64,000 nucleotides of DNA from an uncultured Gammaproteobacteria bacterium. Its GTDB lineage: Bacteria; Patescibacteriota; Patescibacteriia; 2-01-FULL-39-33. The notes beneath the pieces are model-generated. The model worked only from the letters and a program-made list of their open reading frames with translations, searched no databases and was not told where the DNA came from. A program made the translations under genes and the position numbers. How positions within the stretch are numbered: position 1 is the stretch's first letter; the number at the start of each line of letters is the position of its first letter. The DNA lies in the NCBI GenBank assembly GCA_964573235.1, contig CAZNIV010000001.1, forward strand, positions 3,709 to 67,708. Reading direction: 5' to 3'. Below, in pieces: positions 57,749-64,000 of this stretch.

Positions 57749-57771
57749 TAAAAAACCCCGATTAACGGGGT
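57749..57771 (-). terminator. Intrinsic terminator after the small membrane ORF
   Basis: ACCCCG-ATTAA-CGGGGT hairpin with a minus-strand U tract. Confidence 0.7.
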
Positions 57772-57786
57772 GTAATTAATGGGGCG

Positions 57787-57960
57787 TTACGCTTTTTTCT
57801 GATACCGCCCATGGCGACACAGATGAAAAAGGTATATATATACCAAGAAGGCCAATATACAGCCTATGTATATTAAGTAAAACATCGAATAGAAGAAACA
57901 GGCCGTAACATGAATGGCGATTATAGACGCAATTACAACTACAAAGGTTACTAAATGCAT
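57787..57960 (-). CDS. Small 2-TM membrane protein (57 aa)
   Basis: Start revised to MHLVTF. AAGGA SD upstream, TTGACA-17-TAAATA promoter at 58039-58011, own terminator. Confidence 0.55.
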   Translation of the reverse strand: MHLVTFVVVIASIIAIHVTACFFYSMFYLIYIGCILAFLVYIYLFHLCRHGRYQKKA

Positions 57961-58080
57961 GGGGTGTTGTTTCCTTATTTCTTTGTTAATACTTATTAAA
58001 GAGCTAGTATTATTTAACATTTTTTGTTATTTATGTCAATGTAATTAGGTGATTTTTCATAAATTAGTTATAATTACCCC

Positions 58081-58752
58081 ATGAAACTCAATCCTAAATC
58101 AAAATATTTGCAGATTGCTTTTAATAGCCCGATTGATGAAGTTAAGGCTATGCTTGATTTACTCCCCGCTTCCGATAAAATCATTATTGAAGCAGGAACG
58201 CCCTTTATTAAGCAATATGGTAATTTTGGCATAACCGCCATTAATACTTGGTGGCGAGAAAAATTAGGCAAAAAAGGCTACATTGTTGCCGATTTAAAAT
58301 GCATGGATAGAGGTTCAACCGAAGTGGCTACCGCCGCCCAAGCTGGCGCTTCTGCCGTTACCTGTTTAGGCTTGGCGCCAATTGAAACTATCAACGAATT
58401 TATCAAAAAATGCCAAGAGCTAAAAGTTGATTCCATGATCGACATGATGAATGTAGAATTTCCTTTTGAAATATTGCAAAAATTAACCAAATTACCAAAT
58501 ATTGTTGTTTTACATCGTGGCGTTGATGAAAACACCCATAACCGAGAAAAACAACTTCCCCACCACTTAATAAACCGCATTAAGGGCGCCTATGGTAAAG
58601 TTTTAATTTCTATTGCGGGTGGCGAAACAACTAAAGATATAACTAGAACTTTTTTTAATAATGCCGATATTGCTGTGGTGTGGCGACCTTTTTATGAAAC
58701 CCCAGAAAAAACTACGCTATTAGCCGAAGATTTTTTGAAGTTGCTAAAATAA
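58081..58752 (+). CDS. 3-hexulose-6-phosphate synthase-like protein (HPS/KGPDC, OMPDC superfamily), copy 1
   Basis: LQIA, EAGTP, ADLKCMD (DxKxxD), IDMMNV, HRGVDE, IAGG. Confidence 0.8.
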   Translation: MKLNPKSKYLQIAFNSPIDEVKAMLDLLPASDKIIIEAGTPFIKQYGNFGITAINTWWREKLGKKGYIVADLKCMDRGSTEVATAAQAGASAVTCLGLAPIETINEFIKKCQELKVDSMIDMMNVEFPFEILQKLTKLPNIVVLHRGVDENTHNREKQLPHHLINRIKGAYGKVLISIAGGETTKDITRTFFNNADIAVVWRPFYETPEKTTLLAEDFLKLLK

Positions 58753-58754
58753 TT

Positions 58755-59831
58755 ATGAATCTAGAAAAACAAAAAAAATCAAACGAGAAAAATTTTCAGC
58801 AAATGATTTCGTCGCTTTTTCCCTTCGTATTTGTTGCTGTGTTTATGGCTTTTAAATTTAATATCATACTTGGTTTTATTATTTTATTTTTTATTATTAT
58901 ACTAATCAAAGGCAAAAAGGCTTTTATTCCTGCCATCAAAGAAATTATCCGACAAGCAAATGAGGAGCAAAAAAGAGCCCAGACTAATTATCAAAATAAT
59001 AAAACAAGCTCAAAAAATATTCGCGGTACTTTTTCTATCGATTCCGAGATTGACGAAATAAACCCACCAACTACATCACTCAATAATCAAAATCCCGAAA
59101 CCAAAAGTGAATCAGAAACCCCCGGAATTTCGATAATCCCCTTTACTGCCTTGTCTTTCATGCCATCGGTCGCACCTAGGCTAGAAAAACGAAAAAGATA
59201 TTTGCAAATTGCCCTTAACGGCAAAATGAGCGAAGCAGAATCTATTGCCAGAAATTTGCCAACCTCTGATCGTATTATTGTAGAAGTAGGTACGCCACTT
59301 CTCAAGGCTCGCGGAATTAATGCTATTGAACGCCTTCGCGCCATTATTGGCGAAAATACTTACATTGTGGCCGATAATAAATGTGCTGACTTAGCCGATC
59401 GCGAAGTGGCTATGATGGCTAAAGCGGGCGCTAATGGCGCCACCTGCCTAGGTGTAGCCCCAATTGAAACCATTAACAGTTTTATCGCCGAATGCCAAAA
59501 GCAAAATATCGACGCTATGATTGACATGATGAACGTAGAAAATCCACTCATGGTTTTACAAAAGTTAAAAACCATGCCTAAGGTGGTAATTGTTCATCGA
59601 GGCGTTGATGAAAGCGAAATTTCTAAAGAAAAACAAATCCCCTACTACCAAATCAAACAAATCAAAGGCAATTATAATATTATGGTAGCGGTAGCCGGTG
59701 GCGATACTATCAAAGAAGCGCAAAGCGCTTTATTTAACGATGCCGACATTGTAATTACTTGGAAAGATTTTTATCAGTCTAATCAAAAAACGGCCCAGTT
59801 GGCTGAGTCGTTTTTGAGTGAAGTTAAATAA
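58755..59831 (+). CDS. Membrane-anchored HPS-like protein, copy 2
   Basis: Two N-terminal TMs, low-complexity linker, then LQIAL, EVGTP, ADNKCAD, HRGVDE, VAGG. Confidence 0.8.
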   Translation: MNLEKQKKSNEKNFQQMISSLFPFVFVAVFMAFKFNIILGFIILFFIIILIKGKKAFIPAIKEIIRQANEEQKRAQTNYQNNKTSSKNIRGTFSIDSEIDEINPPTTSLNNQNPETKSESETPGISIIPFTALSFMPSVAPRLEKRKRYLQIALNGKMSEAESIARNLPTSDRIIVEVGTPLLKARGINAIERLRAIIGENTYIVADNKCADLADREVAMMAKAGANGATCLGVAPIETINSFIAECQKQNIDAMIDMMNVENPLMVLQKLKTMPKVVIVHRGVDESEISKEKQIPYYQIKQIKGNYNIMVAVAGGDTIKEAQSALFNDADIVITWKDFYQSNQKTAQLAESFLSEVK

Positions 59832-59834
59832 ATT

Positions 59835-60623
59835 TTATTTTCCCTTAATCGTTTGGGCAATCGCCTGAAAACCACTCATTATTTCAACTGGCAAAGCAAA
59901 TATAACCGTCTTCGATGGATCTGGGTTAATCTTTTCAATCGTCTGTAAAGTTCTCATAGATAAACCACCCGGAGTAGAACTAAGCGCCTTAGCCGCCTGC
60001 GCTAAGCGTTCAGAAGCCTGATACTCACCTTCGGCCCTAATAATAATGGCGCGTCTTTCTCTTTCGGCTTCGGCTTGTTTAGCCATAACGCGTTTCATAT
60101 CGGCTGGCAATTCAATATCTTGAATTTTAATATCGGTTACTAAAATACCCCAAGACTGAGTAGCTAAGCTAACAATTTTTTGCACTTCCTCGGCAATCTT
60201 TTCTCTTTCCGATAAAAGCGGATCTAACTCGATAGCGCCAATCACATCACGAAGCGCCGCTTGAGCGTATTGCGAAACGGCCAAAGTATAATTTTTAATA
60301 TTCAACATAGCATCTTCAGCGCTTTGCACCTGAAAATATACCACAGCATTAATACCCACTGGCACATTATCTTTAGTAATAACTTCTTGCTGTGGAATAT
60401 CGGTGGTAGTAATACGCAAATCTACTTTCATCATCTTTTGAAAACCAACCAGAATCCAAGTTAAACCGGGATTACGCGTGCCGGTATATTTACCTAAAGT
60501 TAATACCACTCCCCGTTCATATTGATTAATTACTCTTAAACCTGGGATAACCACAAACACCACCAAAAACGCAATCACGGCTAGAACAATTGCCGGAAGA
60601 AATGAGATTAATTCTAGTTCCAT
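59835..60623 (-). CDS. SPFH/band 7 (stomatin/slipin) protein
   Basis: TM, YERGVVLTLG, QEVITKDNV, LRDVIG, QAEAERERRA; probable start MELELI. Confidence 0.92.
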   Translation of the reverse strand: MELELISFLPAIVLAVIAFLVVFVVIPGLRVINQYERGVVLTLGKYTGTRNPGLTWILVGFQKMMKVDLRITTTDIPQQEVITKDNVPVGINAVVYFQVQSAEDAMLNIKNYTLAVSQYAQAALRDVIGAIELDPLLSEREKIAEEVQKIVSLATQSWGILVTDIKIQDIELPADMKRVMAKQAEAERERRAIIIRAEGEYQASERLAQAAKALSSTPGGLSMRTLQTIEKINPDPSKTVIFALPVEIMSGFQAIAQTIKGK

Positions 60624-60714
60624 AAAATTATTTTTTATATTTGGCAATTTAGATCAATTGCCGATTTTATTAAGTTATTTTTATTATAACATAGCCAACA
60701 AAATCAGTAAAACA

Positions 60715-60747
60715 CAAAAACTCCCACTCTTGCGAGCGGGAGTTTTG
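60715..60747 (-). terminator. Strong intrinsic terminator after the S-layer-like gene
   Basis: AAAACTCCC-A-CTC-TTGC-GAG-C-GGGAGTTTT hairpin (GCAA loop on the minus strand) with a U tract. Confidence 0.85.
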
Positions 60748-60790
60748 TATCAAACAGCTAAGCTATTTGAAGTTTTTAATCTAAATTAGA

Positions 60791-63700
60791 TTAATTCTTC
60801 AAAGTTACAGTAGCAGTAGATGGGTTACCGACAACTTTCAAACCAGTGATAACTTCAGTTTGAGTGCCGTTACCATTAGCATCATCACCATAGACAGCTT
60901 CGTCGATGGAGTAAGTGATGTCACCAATATTGCTATTAGCAGACAAAGTTACAGCATCAGTTGAGCTAGCTGCAGTAGCGTTCTTTACAGTTAAATATCT
61001 GTAAGAACCGCCCTGGATAGATGAACTAAAGTTGGTACCGAAATCAACAGAAGAAGAAGTGGTAGAAATATCAGTATTAAAGCTGGACTGACCATCGCCA
61101 GAAACAGCCAAACCGAAAGTAGCTACATTAGAACCACCGTCTTTGACGAATTTAACTCCAGTCAAAGTGATAGCTTTTGTACCAGTATTGGTGATCTTGA
61201 AGATACCCAAAGTGTTACCAGCAGCTTGAGACAATTGAGTAGCAGTTGTAGGAGAAACTGCATCAACAGTAACGATAGCTGGAGCAATGTAAGTATAACC
61301 AGTGCCAATAGCGGAACCTGCAACAGTAGAAGCAGCGTTACCAGAAGTTGCACCAACTGCAATAATATCAGCAGTAGAAGAAGCAATTCTGAAAGCGAAA
61401 TCATGGCCTAATTGAGCAATACCCTTAGCGCCGATATCAGCCTTTACGTATAAAGTGATAGCAGTAGCATCGGTAGTACCGATGGTAGAAGCTAACAAGT
61501 TATCAGTAGAAGTGAAGGTAACGGAACAAACGTTAGAAGAACAAGAATCCATCTGGTTAGCAGTCAAAATAGGCTGACTAGCAGAACCAACGTAAACTCT
61601 AATGTTTCTAATATCGTTCATAACCAAGGCAGTACCAGTAGCGGTTAACTTCAAAGTTCTTAACTTCAAAGCTTCGTTTCTAGCAGTCATGGTTAAGGCA
61701 AAGTAAGTACCATCATTTGTGCCAACAGTTTTAACCTGAGCATTAGATGGAGTAGCAGTAGAACCAGTAACTAAAGCGATGTTCAAACTACCAGAAGTAG
61801 TCAAAGCAATTGCCTGACCAGATCCAGCCTTTGTAGCATCAACAGTGTTGCCAGTATCCTGACCAACAGCAGAAACGCCGTATGCAGAGAAAGTATGTGT
61901 AGCGGTTGAAGTAGAACCAGTGATATCACCGATCAACTTAACTACTACATTAGTATTCTTAGCTACAACAATCGGAGTCTTGAAGTTATAAGTTGTAGAA
62001 GCGGCATTGTTTGAAGTGCTGTTAGAGGTTTCTACGGTTACGCCGTTGATTTGCATTCTCAAGTTAGAAACCTGAGTTGCTACACCAGCGCCACCCATTA
62101 AATCATTCATAACAATGGAAGAAACTTTTACAGCTTCACCAGAGTTATTAGCGTTTAATTCAATATTAGCCAACTCATGATCGTTCACATTAACAGTAGT
62201 GTGAGCAACTGGAGTAGATAATGTTGTTACTTTTAATACACCAATTTGAACATTGATAGTATTAGCAGTAATTGCAGAAACAGTAGGATCGATAATATCG
62301 TTGGTTAACAATCTCTTTACGCTAGTAACATCAAAAGTAGCAACAAAGCTATTTGAAGAAGTAGCAGTAGAAGCGACGTTAGCTTCTACAGTAACAACTG
62401 CAGTCTGACCAGCGGTCAAAGTGTAGTAGGACTGTAAAGTAACTTCATGATTACCAGCGGTTGGAGTTTCACTGTAGACAGAAGAACCATTTACTTTTAC
62501 ATAAACAGAACCAGTCAAACCAGTAACCTGATTCAAACCAAGGGAAATCTTTCTTAATTCCATGTTTTCACCTGAAGCTTTGACATCATATTTAGCCAAA
62601 ACTACATTAGAAGTACCTGGAGTAACAGCTGCATTTGGAGAATCAGAAGACTTAGCTAAGGTCATAGTACCCTTGCCAATAGTCACCTTATTCACGCCAG
62701 TACCCATTGGGAAACCGGAAGCAGTGTCGATCAAAGAAGCGCCAGTATCGTTGCCAGTAACTACGATATCATAATTGTTATAAACAACTAAGTCGATAGT
62801 TCTGTCAGTAGTACCAACTACTTTCAATCTGACAGTCAAATCCTTGTTCATACCCTTATCGATAGCGTAAGGAGTAGCCAAGTTAAAGGTAACATAATTA
62901 CCCTTTGGCTGAGCAGTTGCCAAAACAGCGCCAGTTGAATCAACTAATTCAACATCTTTATAGTCAGTATCAGCAGCATTACCATTGTTATACAAAGTAA
63001 CGCTAGATACTTTAACTTTTTCAGCAGAACCAGTTAAGATGTTAATCTTAGTGATGTCTTGAGCGCTAGTAGCATCAATGTTCATAGTAGCAGTAGCACC
63101 AACTACATACTTCATAGAAGCGGTTACTGTACCAACAGTGTTGTTAGAGTTGATCAAAGACATAGAATTGCCCCAAATTGGGAAAGAACCACCAATAGTT
63201 GCATTGGAAGTAATTGCTGCAACGGAAGCAATACCAAACTGGACAGTGCCAGAAATAGCAGCAGAACCAGTGTTGATTCTAACGGTCAAAGTTACAGTGC
63301 TATTAGCAGGAACTTTAACAGCGTCAGTGTTGCCAAACAATAATACAACTTCATTATCAGCATTGATAGAAGAAGCCATATTACCATGTCTAACACCAGC
63401 GTTATCAATAATATCAATGCCAGTAACGGTATTGGTATTAGAAACGAAACCAGCTTTCTTTAATGTCAAAGCAGTTACTGTGACATCAGCATTGCCAGCG
63501 GTTAAATTTACTTTCAATACTGGATTGAAAGCGGTACCGGAAGCGATGTTAGTAGAAGCTGGAGTAGCAGCAGCCAAAGCGACTGTTAAACCACCAACAA
63601 CTGGAGTAGTAGAACCACCTGCAGTAGCGGTAGCAACTGGGTTAGCAATTGCAGCTACTTCAGCGGTAATAGAAGCGCCAGTAGTGTAAGTCATAGTAGA

Positions 63701-64000
63701 AGGAATAGTCATTACAGCGCTAGAACGTAACTTGTTAGCTACGAAAGCATCGGAAGTGACTAAGCTCTTCTGACCATTTTGAATCATGTATACGTCCTCA
63801 GAACCCTGGTACTTAACCAAAGAACCATTAGGTAAATTGGAAGAAGTGGTCAAGGAAACGCCATCCTTAGTATAGTTAGTCTCAAAAGAAGACTGGATGG
63901 TGACTACTTTGGAGGCATAAGTTGTACCGTAAAGAGCCTTGGCAGTTGCATCATCGAGCAAGCTCAATTTTGCGCCAGGAGTTACAGCGTAAACTCTAGG
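60791..64000 (-). CDS. S-layer-like major surface protein, 5' end outside the window (>1069 aa)
   Basis: Frame is open to the window end (PRVYAVTPGAKLSLLDD...). Thr/Ala/Ser/Val/Gly-rich beta-sandwich repeats, visibly biased codon usage (AAC, TTC, TAC, GCT, ACT), strong terminator. Confidence 0.75.
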   Translation of the reverse strand, partial: PRVYAVTPGAKLSLLDDATAKALYGTTYASKVVTIQSSFETNYTKDGVSLTTSSNLPNGSLVKYQGSEDVYMIQNGQKSLVTSDAFVANKLRSSAVMTIPSTMTYTTGASITAEVAAIANPVATATAGGSTTPVVGGLTVALAAATPASTNIASGTAFNPVLKVNLTAGNADVTVTALTLKKAGFVSNTNTVTGIDIIDNAGVRHGNMASSINADNEVVLLFGNTDAVKVPANSTVTLTVRINTGSAAISGTVQFGIASVAAITSNATIGGSFPIWGNSMSLINSNNTVGTVTASMKYVVGATATMNIDATSAQDITKINILTGSAEKVKVSSVTLYNNGNAADTDYKDVELVDSTGAVLATAQPKGNYVTFNLATPYAIDKGMNKDLTVRLKVVGTTDRTIDLVVYNNYDIVVTGNDTGASLIDTASGFPMGTGVNKVTIGKGTMTLAKSSDSPNAAVTPGTSNVVLAKYDVKASGENMELRKISLGLNQVTGLTGSVYVKVNGSSVYSETPTAGNHEVTLQSYYTLTAGQTAVVTVEANVASTATSSNSFVATFDVTSVKRLLTNDIIDPTVSAITANTINVQIGVLKVTTLSTPVAHTTVNVNDHELANIELNANNSGEAVKVSSIVMNDLMGGAGVATQVSNLRMQINGVTVETSNSTSNNAASTTYNFKTPIVVAKNTNVVVKLIGDITGSTSTATHTFSAYGVSAVGQDTGNTVDATKAGSGQAIALTTSGSLNIALVTGSTATPSNAQVKTVGTNDGTYFALTMTARNEALKLRTLKLTATGTALVMNDIRNIRVYVGSASQPILTANQMDSCSSNVCSVTFTSTDNLLASTIGTTDATAITLYVKADIGAKGIAQLGHDFAFRIASSTADIIAVGATSGNAASTVAGSAIGTGYTYIAPAIVTVDAVSPTTATQLSQAAGNTLGIFKITNTGTKAITLTGVKFVKDGGSNVATFGLAVSGDGQSSFNTDISTTSSSVDFGTNFSSSIQGGSYRYLTVKNATAASSTDAVTLSANSNIGDITYSIDEAVYGDDANGNGTQTEVITGLKVVGNPSTATVTLKN

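Noticed and set aside
63078-63689. 203-aa antisense ORF and other opposite-strand ORFs (e.g. 2126-2512, 13274-13765, 51883-52206)
   Set aside because: Shadows of codon-biased genes on the other strand; no independent motifs or expression signals.
1-64000. Alternative genetic code (UGA=Gly), tRNA/rRNA genes, prophage or IS elements
   Set aside because: Genes translate full length in code 11 with TGA used as stop (ATGA overlaps at 5074, 10950, 30939). No cloverleaf, rRNA, integrase or transposase motifs were seen by eye.

Overview
AT-rich bacterial chromosome segment using standard code 11 (TGA is a stop, e.g. mreD). Gene content and style (DUF4012, tandem gpmI, two mreB, few Shine-Dalgarno sites, extended -10 promoters, giant surface proteins) suggest a Patescibacteria/CPR (Parcubacteria-like) genome; this is inference. 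Left to right: translation/transcription genes (rlmN partial, TrmH-family, ABC-F, greA); mreBCD-mrdA; rseP, frr, holB; a glycosyltransferase/mreB2/DUF4012 block; lower glycolysis (pgk, eno, 2x gpmI); a group 3b-like [NiFe]-hydrogenase locus; rmuC; a surface-glycan cluster; and a run of large secreted proteins ending in a truncated S-layer-like gene. Top candidate for an undescribed system: the hydrogenase locus has no hypB/D/E/F or maturation protease in the window. It instead encodes a HypC domain fused to a HydE-like radical SAM enzyme, a Cys-free mini-HypA and a large subunit with no cleavable C-terminal tail. Second candidate: a sequence module shared by the S-layer-like protein, a subtilase and a beta-propeller protein, possibly a CPR cell-surface anchor. 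No rRNA, tRNA, CRISPR array or transposase was recognised. All calls are from motif recognition by eye; no searches were run.
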